64,000 bases of DNA, taken from a virus. Of this stretch, positions 35,222 through 45,324 are shown one piece after another (the first letter of the stretch is position 1; the number at the start of each line of letters is the position of its first letter). Below the pieces are notes generated by a model. The model did no database searches and had not been told where the DNA came from. It saw only the letters and a program-made list of their open reading frames with translations. A program made the translations under genes and the position numbers. The stretch lies in IMG/VR virus record IMGVR_UViG_3300023179_000054, positions 1 to 64,000 of that record; one strand, written 5' to 3'.

Positions 35222-36169
35222 TTATGACGATTTCATACTTTCCATAATATCGTCTAACGTGTATAGAGGTGTATAATCTAATAGTTCTTTTAATTTGGTA
35301 TTATCAGCGACCAGATAAGGAACGTCTCCTTTCCTTTTGCCTGTATAAACTATAGTCATTTCACCATTATGAATGATTTGATTTGCCTTGTCAACCACTT
35401 CTTTTACGGAGTATCCGTTAGATGAACCGATATTGACGGCAAAGTTTGCTTTCTCTTGTTTTTCGAGATAACGATAGGCATGTATATGGGCACGGCAAAT
35501 ATCTACCACATGGACATAATCACGAACACAAGTTCCATCATCAGTTTGGTAATCATCACCATATATTGTTGCTGTTTTATTTTTAGCAAGTATAGGAATT
35601 AAATGTGTTTCTGGGTCATGTTCTTCATATAGATTTGCTTTTACATTACGACCACAGGCATTAAAGTATCTAAGTCTTGCCACATTTATATCATCAAGGC
35701 CTTCTAATATGGTTTCACACATAGCCTTTGATTTACCATAAACTGATGTAGGATTTACTGGTTGAGTTTCAAGTATATTACCACCAAAGATATAATCTCT
35801 ACTACAATCACCATAAACTGCGGCTGTGGAAGAAAAGATAAAGTTCTTTACTCCGTATTTCTTTGCTGCGGAGATTGCTCCAAGTGTTGCCCCGATGTTG
35901 TTTCGGTAATATGAGAATGGGTTTCGTTCACCTTCTTCCACAGAAATGTATGCGGCAAAGTGGAATATGCAGTCGATACGCCCCTTTGTGGAATAAAAGG
36001 TATCGCTGACAAGATCAGCATGGATAAAATCATCATAAAGATGCCTAAGATGCGGTTTAACATCTTTATCTACTCCTATTATATGGCAGTCAGGATAAAA
36101 TGTGCCAAGTTCATGACACATATGGCTGCCGATATAACCGTTACAACCTGTGACTACGAATGTTTTCAT
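35222..36169 (-). CDS. galE: UDP-glucose 4-epimerase
   Basis: TGCNGYIGSH, HFAA, FSSTAAVYG, YGKSK, ETHLIP, DGTCVRDYVHV. Confidence 0.9.
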   Translation of the reverse strand: MKTFVVTGCNGYIGSHMCHELGTFYPDCHIIGVDKDVKPHLRHLYDDFIHADLVSDTFYSTKGRIDCIFHFAAYISVEEGERNPFSYYRNNIGATLGAISAAKKYGVKNFIFSSTAAVYGDCSRDYIFGGNILETQPVNPTSVYGKSKAMCETILEGLDDINVARLRYFNACGRNVKANLYEEHDPETHLIPILAKNKTATIYGDDYQTDDGTCVRDYVHVVDICRAHIHAYRYLEKQEKANFAVNIGSSNGYSVKEVVDKANQIIHNGEMTIVYTGKRKGDVPYLVADNTKLKELLDYTPLYTLDDIMESMKSS

Positions 36170-36804
36170 TATGAAACCTTATATTTAATATTACCAGAAA
36201 CACTTATTCTATATTCATCACTTGTATAAAATGGACATACAGAATGATTTAAAACACTAGGAAAAAACAAACCTTTACCTTCATAACTTTTATCGGTAAA
36301 TATAGGATAATTACGAATCATACCTAAAATATTGCTATAATGAAAAACAAAAGATGATGTTAAATTTTTTTTCTCATTCATTTCATTATATACTTTTTTT
36401 TCTTCTATTACATCATATGGAATTTTTATCCATATAACAAATGAAAAAATTCCAGAATGGTCATGTAAAGGATTAAATTCATGTTTTTTTTGAAAGTTGA
36501 CCCAGCAATTTTGTAAAATAAGAGGAACACCAGATGTCAGTATATTGTCACAATATTCTAAGGAACCAAAATTATAAAAATATTTTTCAACTAAAGGATA
36601 TATAATATTTCCAATATGTTCTCGACATTCAATTAATTTATATTCTTTATCAATATGTCCAGCTAAACTTTTATTACATTTAATAGATTTATCAAAATTA
36701 TTTTGTATTCCATTAACTTCATTTTTTATTGGTAATAACTGTTCTTCATCTAATTCAAATTGTAAAAATCCTAAATTAGGAAATGTAAAAGGAGTTATAT
36801 TCAT
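36169..36804 (-). CDS. 2OG-Fe(II) oxygenase
   Basis: WVNFQKKHEFNPLHDH, FFPS.L.H.V.PF, RISVSGN. Confidence 0.8.
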   Translation of the reverse strand: MNITPFTFPNLGFLQFELDEEQLLPIKNEVNGIQNNFDKSIKCNKSLAGHIDKEYKLIECREHIGNIIYPLVEKYFYNFGSLEYCDNILTSGVPLILQNCWVNFQKKHEFNPLHDHSGIFSFVIWIKIPYDVIEEKKVYNEMNEKKNLTSSFVFHYSNILGMIRNYPIFTDKSYEGKGLFFPSVLNHSVCPFYTSDEYRISVSGNIKYKVS

Positions 36805-37416
36805 TTGGATGCCGTCATCAATAGAACCGCACCACGGGCAGGTTCAGGATTACGTAAATCAGGAACACGTTTGATATCTTTAAATCCTGCTTCACTCAAA
36901 TGTTTGTGTAAGATTACCTCACAGAAACCATTAATATGTCCCATACCTGGTATTTTGTGTTCTTCTGGATGACGCCAACCACCGAACAAATAATCCATGG
37001 CATTATCCCAAGGGTTTTCATGCTGTCTTAACCAATCAACGTTGGCCTTTTCATTCCAATCCCTCTTCACAATACGTTCCATAATCCACAAAACATCAGG
37101 ACAGGAAATCTCAAAGATACCACCTGGTTTCAAAACACGATTGATTTCTTTTAATACCAAAGGAGCATCAAACTTGGTTAGGTGTTCAATAACATCACCA
37201 AGATAAATCTTGTCAGCAAAGTTATCTTCAAATGGATATGGATAATGTGTGAGGTTGTGGACGTGTGTGACGCCGGCCCACTGGTGTAAATCCATTCTTA
37301 TCGTAGCATCGGCCTTTGGATGTGGGCCTGAACCAATATCAATAATTACCATGTTATATCCTTATGCAAAGTTACCAGAAACACTTATTCTATATTCATC
37401 ACTTGTATAAAATGGA
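36191..37416. repeat. 45-bp identical direct repeat in 3' ends of two oxygenase paralogs
   Basis: ttaccagaaacacttattctatattcatcacttgtataaaatgga at 36191-36235 and 37372-37416. Confidence 0.9.
36801..37352 (-). CDS. Class I SAM methyltransferase (type 11)
   Basis: DIGSG, YPFED, VIEHL, RVLKPGG. Confidence 0.85.
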   Translation of the reverse strand: MVIIDIGSGPHPKADATIRMDLHQWAGVTHVHNLTHYPYPFEDNFADKIYLGDVIEHLTKFDAPLVLKEINRVLKPGGIFEISCPDVLWIMERIVKRDWNEKANVDWLRQHENPWDNAMDYLFGGWRHPEEHKIPGMGHINGFCEVILHKHLSEAGFKDIKRVPDLRNPEPARGAVLLMTASK

Positions 37417-37967
37417 TTCACAAAATGCCGCATTTTAGCAGGAAAGAATATAAGTTTATTTTCATATGTTTTATCAGCAGGAATAGGATGCCTTTGTATT
37501 TCACCTAAAGCATCTGTATATTGAAAGCAAAAGTTAGCAGTAATGTTTTCACCTGGATTAATGTGAGGGAATGTTTTATATTCTTCTTGTATATAGTATG
37601 GCACTCTTAACCATAAAGCAAAACTAAAAACACCTAAATGATGATGTACCGGATTAAACTCATGTTTCTTTTGATAGTTAACCCAAACATTCTCTAAAAA
37701 ATATCCATCATCTTTACAAATAAGATGTGGAAATATTTTCTTATATTCATATACTAATGGAAGTAAAAGATTTTCTATATGAGATTTACATTTAAATAAG
37801 TAATACTCATTATTGAGATGGCCAGCCAGACCTTGATTAAATCTGGCGGCCTTATCAAAATTTTTATATACTTCCTTAACCTCTTCAACAATTGGTTTAA
37901 CATCATCGTCATATAAATCAACAGATAGAAAACCTAAATTGCTAAAGTGTTGACTACTTACTTCCAT
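37362..37967 (-). CDS. 2OG-Fe(II) oxygenase (paralog of 36169-36804)
   Basis: WVNYQKKHEFNPVHHH, FFPA...H.V.PF, RISVSGN. Confidence 0.8.
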   Translation of the reverse strand: MEVSSQHFSNLGFLSVDLYDDDVKPIVEEVKEVYKNFDKAARFNQGLAGHLNNEYYLFKCKSHIENLLLPLVYEYKKIFPHLICKDDGYFLENVWVNYQKKHEFNPVHHHLGVFSFALWLRVPYYIQEEYKTFPHINPGENITANFCFQYTDALGEIQRHPIPADKTYENKLIFFPAKMRHFVNPFYTSDEYRISVSGNFA

Positions 37968-38937
37968 TCAAAGCATCCCTAATACAAAGACGGAGACTAT
38001 CATCAACCTTCATCTTTGCTTCCCAACCAAGGAGTTCTTTAGCCTTATCAACATTAGGAACACGATAGCGAACATCGTTCTTATATGCTGGTTTATGAGC
38101 AAAGGTCATAGCAGCATCAAAGGTACAACCAAACTCATTAGCAGCAATCGATCTAATCTTCCTTGCTAACTCAAGCATAGTAATCGGTTCATGATTACCT
38201 AGATTAAACGCATGACCGTTTGTCTTAGAGGAAAATGAATGTGTAGCAATTGCCTCTGCTACCTCGTCAATCCATGTGAAGCAACGGATTTGTTCACCAT
38301 CACCTAACATAGGAATAACATTAGAACGTTTAACAATAATCTCGTTCATAAAGTCAGCAAAAACATGAGAAACACCTTGTGTACCTTCTGACTTTTCATA
38401 TGGAGTTAGAATGTTAAATGGACGCCAAATGGTATAAGCAACACCATATTGCTTCTCAAAAGCAATAGACATCTTTTCACCAACATACTTTGATAAACCA
38501 TATTCCGTGTAAGGAGCAATTACAGTATCAACATCATCTTCCTTAACTTCACCTTGGCAGTTCTCATATACCATAGATGATGATGTATAAACAACCTTAG
38601 GTACATGGTTATCAACTGCGGCCTTGAGGACATTATTGTGTAGTGCTAAATCTTCACCAAGGATATCGGCACAATACATATTGAAACCACCAACACCATA
38701 AATACGTGCCGCAGCCTGAATGATTAGGTCTGGTTTAACATCCTTCACAAGAGCATTAACTGATGGACGATCTGTGAGGTCGGCCTTGCGAAACTCATAT
38801 CCTTGTCCGGCAATACCAAGACGTTCACCATAACGGCAAAGATTATCCACACCATATACAGCATGGCCATCTCTAAGCAGTTTTGGAATAACTGCCTGCA
38901 TCAAAGAACCTTCGCTTCCGCATACTAATACTTTCAT
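37954..38937 (-). CDS. NAD-dependent sugar epimerase/dehydratase
   Basis: SSSMVYE, YGLSK (YxxxK), RPFN, GDGEQIRCF. Confidence 0.88.
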   Translation of the reverse strand: MKVLVCGSEGSLMQAVIPKLLRDGHAVYGVDNLCRYGERLGIAGQGYEFRKADLTDRPSVNALVKDVKPDLIIQAAARIYGVGGFNMYCADILGEDLALHNNVLKAAVDNHVPKVVYTSSSMVYENCQGEVKEDDVDTVIAPYTEYGLSKYVGEKMSIAFEKQYGVAYTIWRPFNILTPYEKSEGTQGVSHVFADFMNEIIVKRSNVIPMLGDGEQIRCFTWIDEVAEAIATHSFSSKTNGHAFNLGNHEPITMLELARKIRSIAANEFGCTFDAAMTFAHKPAYKNDVRYRVPNVDKAKELLGWEAKMKVDDSLRLCIRDALNGSK

Positions 38938-40169
38938 TTCACATCTCCAACTTTATAAATCCCTGTATTACTTAGTTTGCTTTCTGGGAACATCTTCCAG
39001 AGGTCAGCAACAATACATCCTTCTCTAAACATATCTAATTTACAATAATCAGCAAATACTGTATGTGGTGTCATAACAATAACCGCATCATAGTCCTGAA
39101 ATGCTGGTGGGGTTTCTCCAGCAATATAATAAGGGTCAACCATCCATGCTTTTACACCATGCTTCTTACAAACCTTTTTCATTTTAAAGGCGAGAGAGTT
39201 GCGAGTATCATCACAATCCTTCTTAAATGTGGCACCAAGAATAAGGACTTTCTTTATACTTTTATTAATAACTTTAATACGATTAAAGATATAGTCAGGC
39301 ATACCTTCGTTAATAAGAAAGCTAGTGTTAATAAGATCGCCAAAGGGAATGTCAGACAACAAGAAACGGCCGTCTTTGAAGAGGCAAGGACCTCCAACAT
39401 TAGGTCCTGGATGAGGCACATCCATTCGTGGATAATCGTAATTACATGCATCGATAACTTTGTCAATATTAATGCCATGTTTTTCTCCAATCATCCAAAA
39501 CTCATTAGCAAAGGCAAATGAAACATAACGATACATATTAGTCATTAGTTTACCAATCTCAACCTCTCTTGGTGTAAGATGAAATACTTTATTACTAATG
39601 AATGTATTAAAGAATAGTGAGGCCTGTAAATAGGAATCATCAGAAAAGGCACCAACTAATTGTGGCAGACTGGAGATTTCTGTAATACTTTTACCTTGAA
39701 CGACACGTTCTGGTGCAAATACAAGATGATAATCTTTACCTTCTATCCAACCATGATTATCTTCAATATGGTCTCTAATAACCTCTGTTGTTCCTGGTGA
39801 TACTGTAGAACGAAGGACAATTAATTGTCCTTTCTTCATACGAGGAATAAGAGTATCGTCAACAAAATTAAAAAGATCATCCAATCGGGCATTACCTTCT
39901 CCATCTACTGGCGTGCCAATCATAATGGCAATAACATCAGAGTCCTTAATAGGATCGAATCCAGTAGTGAATATAACTGATTTATTGCCAAGGCACTTAT
40001 CTAATAGTCCTTTAGCATCTTCTTCAACATAAGGCACGTTGCCTTCATTTAGTTGTCTTACAATATCTTCATTAACATCAATACCATAAACTGTATGTCC
40101 GGCATTCGCAATAACTAATGAAAGAGGGAATCCAACGTGGCCGCCGGCACCAATAACAGAAACAATCAT
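38934..40169 (-). CDS. Nucleotide-sugar dehydrogenase (UDP-Glc/UDP-ManNAc type)
   Basis: GAGGHVG, GTP, RSTVSPGTT, PER, GGPCLFKD, FK....D.RNS. Confidence 0.92.
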   Translation of the reverse strand: MIVSVIGAGGHVGFPLSLVIANAGHTVYGIDVNEDIVRQLNEGNVPYVEEDAKGLLDKCLGNKSVIFTTGFDPIKDSDVIAIMIGTPVDGEGNARLDDLFNFVDDTLIPRMKKGQLIVLRSTVSPGTTEVIRDHIEDNHGWIEGKDYHLVFAPERVVQGKSITEISSLPQLVGAFSDDSYLQASLFFNTFISNKVFHLTPREVEIGKLMTNMYRYVSFAFANEFWMIGEKHGINIDKVIDACNYDYPRMDVPHPGPNVGGPCLFKDGRFLLSDIPFGDLINTSFLINEGMPDYIFNRIKVINKSIKKVLILGATFKKDCDDTRNSLAFKMKKVCKKHGVKAWMVDPYYIAGETPPAFQDYDAVIVMTPHTVFADYCKLDMFREGCIVADLWKMFPESKLSNTGIYKVGDVK

Positions 40170-41107
40170 CTTAAAGTCTCCAATAAAACATCTTCTATAT
40201 CATTACAAGTATCTTGTATAGTATGATTACACATAACATAATTATAAGCATCATCAATCTTTTTATCATTCCGTTTATGTTTACGGAGCAATTCCATTAA
40301 TTCTTCTTCGTCATTATATGTGGTGCCATAATAGCACATATCTTTCGCACCGGCAATATCTCTTGCGTACCAAGGCACTTTATTCATCATAGATTCTAAA
40401 AGGACAAGTCCGAAACCTTCCTCATAAGAGTTCATAATATAAGCATCTGCGGCACTAATAGAAAGTAATACCTCTGTCTTGTCTTTACCAAAGAAACATT
40501 TTACATTATTTGTTTCCTTTGGCATCAAATGTTCTTCACCATATCCATATAAATGAAGTTCGGCATTAGAAATCTTTGCTTTTGTAAATGCGTCTGCTAA
40601 CGGTGCCATAGCCTTGTGCGGCCAAAATCCACCTGCGGAAACAAATATTTTTTTGCCTGTTAAGTTTGCTCTTTGATATTTGTGAGGAACAATACCATGT
40701 CGAACACGGCGACCTTTATCAATAACATTCCATTTTTTAAGGTGTTCGATATCCATAGATGTAGAATAACCAAGATAAGGATGATACTGTAGTCCTAATT
40801 TACAAACATCACTATCACTTGGTTTGATTATTAGATAAAGAACAGGAGACCTAATCTTATTACCATTAAAATGAATAATGTTTTGATAATAGACATCACC
40901 ACCATGGACGATAATAAGATCCCACTTTTCATTTAGTATCTGATAATCTTTATTGACCTTTACACCATTATAATCACCTTGGTGCGTCTCTGCCAATACG
41001 GTAATGTCATGACCTCTTTTAAGCATCTCTTCGGCCATGTTCTGCACATAATACTCACTACCGCCAGGATAAGGTGCGTAGCGGTGAACCACAAACAATA
41101 ATCTCAT
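40166..41107 (-). CDS. GT4 glycosyltransferase
   Basis: GGSE, EGFGLVLLESM. Confidence 0.85.
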   Translation of the reverse strand: MRLLFVVHRYAPYPGGSEYYVQNMAEEMLKRGHDITVLAETHQGDYNGVKVNKDYQILNEKWDLIIVHGGDVYYQNIIHFNGNKIRSPVLYLIIKPSDSDVCKLGLQYHPYLGYSTSMDIEHLKKWNVIDKGRRVRHGIVPHKYQRANLTGKKIFVSAGGFWPHKAMAPLADAFTKAKISNAELHLYGYGEEHLMPKETNNVKCFFGKDKTEVLLSISAADAYIMNSYEEGFGLVLLESMMNKVPWYARDIAGAKDMCYYGTTYNDEEELMELLRKHKRNDKKIDDAYNYVMCNHTIQDTCNDIEDVLLETLR

Positions 41108-41991
41108 TATCCCTCCATAACAAACTTATCCCACCATTCATAAAGGTTGTGTAAGTCCGTATATTCATTAGGTATATCATTTTTAAAAGCAGGACGTTCT
41201 ATAATATCCAAGTATTCCTGTTTACCAGCAGGTGAATCCAGATGTTCTACATATTTAACAACATCATTTAGTGTCTTAAAATTATGGCAATTGATGAAGG
41301 CACTTGTATTGAAATCACGGTCAACCGTTGGTGATCCCCAATATATAGGCATCGTTTTTACTTGTAAAGCATTAAACAATTTTTCGGTTGTATAACCAGG
41401 ATAAGAACCATTCTCAAAACAAATATTAAAACGATAGTTATTAAGGAAGTCTAACTTATATTGTAGTTTATCCCTAGGAAGAACCTCACCCATATTGTTT
41501 AGATGTGGACCAGCCGAGTCAACATGTTTATATGTGTTAGTTAATCCAAACATGGCGTTTCGCATTTCTTGTCGAGGATTAGAAACAACAAAGGAACAAA
41601 ACTTTCTTGTATCATAATCCTTTTCATAATCATGTTTAAGACCAACTAATTGGTAATAATTGTCCGTCCATTTTTCCACTACTGCACCATACATATCGAT
41701 AACATATAGTGGCAAACGGTAATGCTTTGGACTATTCTCATGGTCGAATGTCATGGCAGCAAAACATTCATCATAGTTTGGCCTTACATTCTCACCTGTA
41801 TAGAAAATCTTTTTAACATTACTACCATACTGGCGATGTGATTGACCGAAGTTTCCATCACCATATATAAGATACTCTGGGTTATCATTTGTTATAATGA
41901 TGTCGTAATACTTACCCAGAGTATGTGTAAAGAAATTTATTGCCGTTGTGAATGTATCGGCAAAACCAATACGAAGGTTCTTGCGGGTCAT
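41107..41991 (-). CDS. GT10 alpha-1,3-fucosyltransferase-like
   Basis: FYTGEN, FCSFVVSN, ICFEN...GY.TEK, PIYWG. Confidence 0.88.
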   Translation of the reverse strand: MTRKNLRIGFADTFTTAINFFTHTLGKYYDIIITNDNPEYLIYGDGNFGQSHRQYGSNVKKIFYTGENVRPNYDECFAAMTFDHENSPKHYRLPLYVIDMYGAVVEKWTDNYYQLVGLKHDYEKDYDTRKFCSFVVSNPRQEMRNAMFGLTNTYKHVDSAGPHLNNMGEVLPRDKLQYKLDFLNNYRFNICFENGSYPGYTTEKLFNALQVKTMPIYWGSPTVDRDFNTSAFINCHNFKTLNDVVKYVEHLDSPAGKQEYLDIIERPAFKNDIPNEYTDLHNLYEWWDKFVMEG

Positions 41992-42587
41992 TACTTATAC
42001 CAGAAGAAAGCGGAATTTGTAGATAGATTAATTGGTGCTGTGATACTATAATCATTACGAAATTCATTTACAGCCCGACTTACTGCCTCGATAGAAGAAT
42101 AATCATGGCCACAGAATAGTCCACCCTTCTTCAATAAAGGATAATACTTTTCACAGTCCATATATGTTGCTCCATATGAATGGTCGCCATCAACAAAGAT
42201 AAAATCAAACTCTTCTTTATCGGTAATAGACTTAATCTTATCAGCAGCATCCTCGGATGTTTCTCTAATCATCTCTACTCGATCACCATATTGTTTTAGG
42301 TTCTCTTGTGCGATCATCATAAACTTATCAATAACTTTTTGTGTAATCTCACCATTCCAATCATCATAAGCCTTGTATGGGTCAATCGTGTATAGTTTAA
42401 TAATGTTAGGGCATTTATCTAATAGAAATGCGGTTGACTCGGCACGGCAAGTGCCAATCTCTAAACCTACAACATTCTCACCAAGTCTTTTAACATAAGG
42501 TGCCAGTCCTTTTACTGATACCCAATCATAAGGCCATTTATCACCAAGTTCTTTAATCGTCATAAAATCTTCATCAGTCAAAGCCAT
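41991..42587 (-). CDS. Methyltransferase (family 24)
   Basis: EIG...S, FVDGDHSY, GGLFCGHDY. Confidence 0.85.
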   Translation of the reverse strand: MALTDEDFMTIKELGDKWPYDWVSVKGLAPYVKRLGENVVGLEIGTCRAESTAFLLDKCPNIIKLYTIDPYKAYDDWNGEITQKVIDKFMMIAQENLKQYGDRVEMIRETSEDAADKIKSITDKEEFDFIFVDGDHSYGATYMDCEKYYPLLKKGGLFCGHDYSSIEAVSRAVNEFRNDYSITAPINLSTNSAFFWYK

Positions 42588-42589
42588 CT

Positions 42590-43489
42590 TTAATCTCCAA
42601 ACTTATTTGTAAATAATTCTTTCCACTCAGGCACACGGTCCCACTGGTGTATTACCGATACTTTATTTCCGTTTGCGTAAACTTCATTATTGATTACATT
42701 ATATTCTATTTTACTCACAAATGGCAAGTCAATATTAGGATTTGCTCTATATGCTTCACCAATACCACCTGAACCGGCCTGAATAGCAGGCAGAGATGTG
42801 CCAGCATGAACAACCCAAGCATCGGAAGGATTTGTAAATTTAGTTGATAATGAATATACTTCCGATTGTAGAAGGACATTTAGTGCGGCTTGGTCTGGAC
42901 CACCGCCGCCTGGAACATGTGGATTTAGTCCACGACAAATCAACCAGACATTAAGTGCCAAGTCTTTCATAGCATTTCTTGAACCGGCAATAACACCAGC
43001 ACAATAGATTTCATTATCACCATATGTTTCAAGGAAATACTGACCGAAAGCCTGCTGTAAATTATTTCTTCCCCATGGTTCATCTTTATACTTTAGATTT
43101 TCCGAACCAACAAGAATATTTCCAAAAAAGTTTTTGTCTAACCATTTAGATGGATCGTCCTGAAAGATAACATCTCTAACATCGGTCATAATAACATTTT
43201 TGACCGGTTCACTTAATAGATTTAGAAAACTATAAAGATGGAAGAAGCGGTCAACCATAACAGAACCACGAGAATTATCATGAGAGAATCCAGTTTTTTC
43301 ATCATATTGATTACAACCAATCAACATAAATCCTTCGGCAGTAAGTTTTCTTACCGTCTCGGCATCCATGTTATAAACAATAAGTGCCTTGTGTCCAGTA
43401 AAACCAGACTTTTTGATAGAGTTGGCCCAGTGTTGTATCTGTTCCCATCTATATCTATCAACTACACCTACAACTATATCTTTGTCCAT
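42590..43489 (-). CDS. Putative nucleotide-diphospho-sugar transferase
   Basis: TDVRDVIFQ, DQAALN, HQWDR; cluster context. Confidence 0.6.
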   Translation of the reverse strand: MDKDIVVGVVDRYRWEQIQHWANSIKKSGFTGHKALIVYNMDAETVRKLTAEGFMLIGCNQYDEKTGFSHDNSRGSVMVDRFFHLYSFLNLLSEPVKNVIMTDVRDVIFQDDPSKWLDKNFFGNILVGSENLKYKDEPWGRNNLQQAFGQYFLETYGDNEIYCAGVIAGSRNAMKDLALNVWLICRGLNPHVPGGGGPDQAALNVLLQSEVYSLSTKFTNPSDAWVVHAGTSLPAIQAGSGGIGEAYRANPNIDLPFVSKIEYNVINNEVYANGNKVSVIHQWDRVPEWKELFTNKFGD

Positions 43490-44241
43490 GGATATTTCCC
43501 TTCATAATATTGTTCTTGTGTTCTATTACCTGCCTCGAAAAACTCTTTTGTTACTGAATTAGGATTACCATCTAAACGGTAGCAAAGTGTATGCTTACCA
43601 TTTGTATCATACTTAGCATATTGTTTAACAGAATAAAAATACTGGCGATCACCACCCCAACCGGCGTGCCAGAAATGGCATGTCTTTTGTATGAACTCTC
43701 TCTTCCAACAAAATGATGATGTGTCAATTAAGAACTGTTCACCATGAGGAGAGCGGCGTGACATGAATATTGGCCATTTGCCGAGGCTTTCACAATTATC
43801 ATCGGTAATATACTTTCCTTCTGGCGAGTATATCTTACGGAGTGAGAAAGAGAAATCCAAGTTTTTACTCTCGGCAGTCTGCACAAGGGTCTCAACGTGA
43901 TCACTTTCATACCAATTGTCCTCATCAAGAAACATAATATAATCGGAATTTAATAGATGTGGCATAGCAGCATAGATACGATGACCATAAAAATCACCGC
44001 CTGTTTTGCCTGTATTTTCTGGAAGAATAAGAACTTTTACTTTATCTTTTGGTGGTAAACCAACTTGTTCAAATACACCGTTGACAAATTCTTTACCATC
44101 AACTACAATAAGGTGTTTAATGTGTTTATAGGTTTGTTTCTCAACACTATCTAAGGCATCTTTTAGTTTTGGTGAACCAATAGTGGGGGTTATGACCGTG
44201 ACGGTCTTAGGTTTGGAAGTATCTTCAATCACAAGTTTCAT
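43474..44241 (-). CDS. GT2 glycosyltransferase
   Basis: VITPT...SV..QT...VVDG, FLDEDN. Confidence 0.85.
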   Translation of the reverse strand: MKLVIEDTSKPKTVTVITPTIGSPKLKDALDSVEKQTYKHIKHLIVVDGKEFVNGVFEQVGLPPKDKVKVLILPENTGKTGGDFYGHRIYAAMPHLLNSDYIMFLDEDNWYESDHVETLVQTAESKNLDFSFSLRKIYSPEGKYITDDNCESLGKWPIFMSRRSPHGEQFLIDTSSFCWKREFIQKTCHFWHAGWGGDRQYFYSVKQYAKYDTNGKHTLCYRLDGNPNSVTKEFFEAGNRTQEQYYEGKYPWTKI

Positions 44242-44254
44242 GATATAATCCTAA

Positions 44255-44288
44255 AGAGGAGCGGGGCTTGATATCAGAGGCCCCGCCC
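44255..44288 (-). terminator. Terminator after hsp20
   Basis: GGGCGGGGC...GCCCCGCTCC then TCTTT. Confidence 0.7.
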
Positions 44289-44297
44289 ATGTTATGT

Positions 44298-44837
44298 TTA
44301 TTTAGGTGTCATAGTATCAGCGATTTTCTGTAGTCCCTGAGTCCACGCTTTTGTGCCCTCCGTGAGGAGTTGCTTGGTCGTTTCCTGAACACCGAACGGA
44401 TCCAAGATGTCGATTTTCTTGGCCTTCTTTTCTTCCGGAATAAAACGTTCAAGAGCGATTTTAAGTAGACCATTTGCCAACTCCGCGTTCTTTACAACTA
44501 CAGTATCCGCAAGGGTAAACTTTCGTGTAAAGGCACGGTTAGCAATACCTTGATAGAGATAATCTTTCTCATCGGCATCTAAACTACCAGAAATTGAAAG
44601 AGTATCGTCCTTTATTTCAATATCAAGATTATGCTTGCCGAAACCAGCAACAGCCATCTCAATAACGAAATGCTCATCGTCAATCTTTTTAATATTATAT
44701 GGAGGATAAGATGGAATCTTTGGCATGGTCTCTGCTGCTTCACGGATTCTCTCCAGAACGGTGTCGAATCCAATTAGTTGTTTAGCAAGACCTGTAGGAA
44801 TACCAAAGTTATCTGTGTTAAATTTATAGCTTGTCAT
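44298..44837 (-). CDS. hsp20: Small heat shock protein (IbpA-like Hsp20)
   Basis: YPPYNI, IEMAVAGF, GIANRAFTRKF.LAD, NGLL.I. Confidence 0.93.
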   Translation of the reverse strand: MTSYKFNTDNFGIPTGLAKQLIGFDTVLERIREAAETMPKIPSYPPYNIKKIDDEHFVIEMAVAGFGKHNLDIEIKDDTLSISGSLDADEKDYLYQGIANRAFTRKFTLADTVVVKNAELANGLLKIALERFIPEEKKAKKIDILDPFGVQETTKQLLTEGTKAWTQGLQKIADTMTPK

Positions 44838-44889
44838 GTTTGTCTCCTTTTAAGCGAGATATAAAAACGATACCTTTCGGCTATCGTCA
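44838..44889 (-). promoter_or_regulatory. ROSE-like RNA thermometer in hsp20 5' UTR
   Basis: UCUC-G-CU/AG-GAGA stem occludes the SD with a bulged G (UCGCU motif); upstream GAAA hairpin; promoter at 44894-44923. Confidence 0.65.
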
Positions 44890-44919
44890 TAACATTATAT
44901 AGTAATTGTCATACGTTTG

Positions 44920-45324
44920 TCAACCTATTCTCCAGTTTGTACCATCAGAATATACAGGTGTTGAACCACCTCCACCACCGGATACGATACCTCCGTAATT
45001 ACTGGAAATATTTCCATTAGCATCCGCTACAGTCATGTTAGAACAATCTACAATAAATGCCCTTGTTCCTCGACCAACGCCAGATGCGGAAGGTAATCCT
45101 GATGCCAAATAATTATTGGTATAAAGTGTATTAGTATTTAATGAAACACAATAAACTTTACCATTAGCATCAACACTAAATTCGGAAGTTCCATTTACAC
45201 TAAGATTAATAAGTCTTGAATTTGTATTAGCACCAAAAGGAGCAGCCACATTCATTCCAATACCTGTATAGGCATTACCTGTGTCAACCCATGATGCTGT
45301 TAGATTTGCTATTGATACTGTCAT
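44920..45324 (-). CDS. Putative virion/tail-associated protein
   Basis: Gly/Asn/Ser-rich; C-terminal PVYSDGTNWRIG. Confidence 0.5.
   Translation of the reverse strand: MTVSIANLTASWVDTGNAYTGIGMNVAAPFGANTNSRLINLSVNGTSEFSVDANGKVYCVSLNTNTLYTNNYLASGLPSASGVGRGTRAFIVDCSNMTVADANGNISSNYGGIVSGGGGGSTPVYSDGTNWRIG

Noticed and set aside
44884-44923. Pho-box-like TTGTCAT-N4-TTGTCAA on the plus strand
   Set aside because: Oriented opposite to hsp20 and partly explained by the TTGACA -35 element; no plus-strand gene follows
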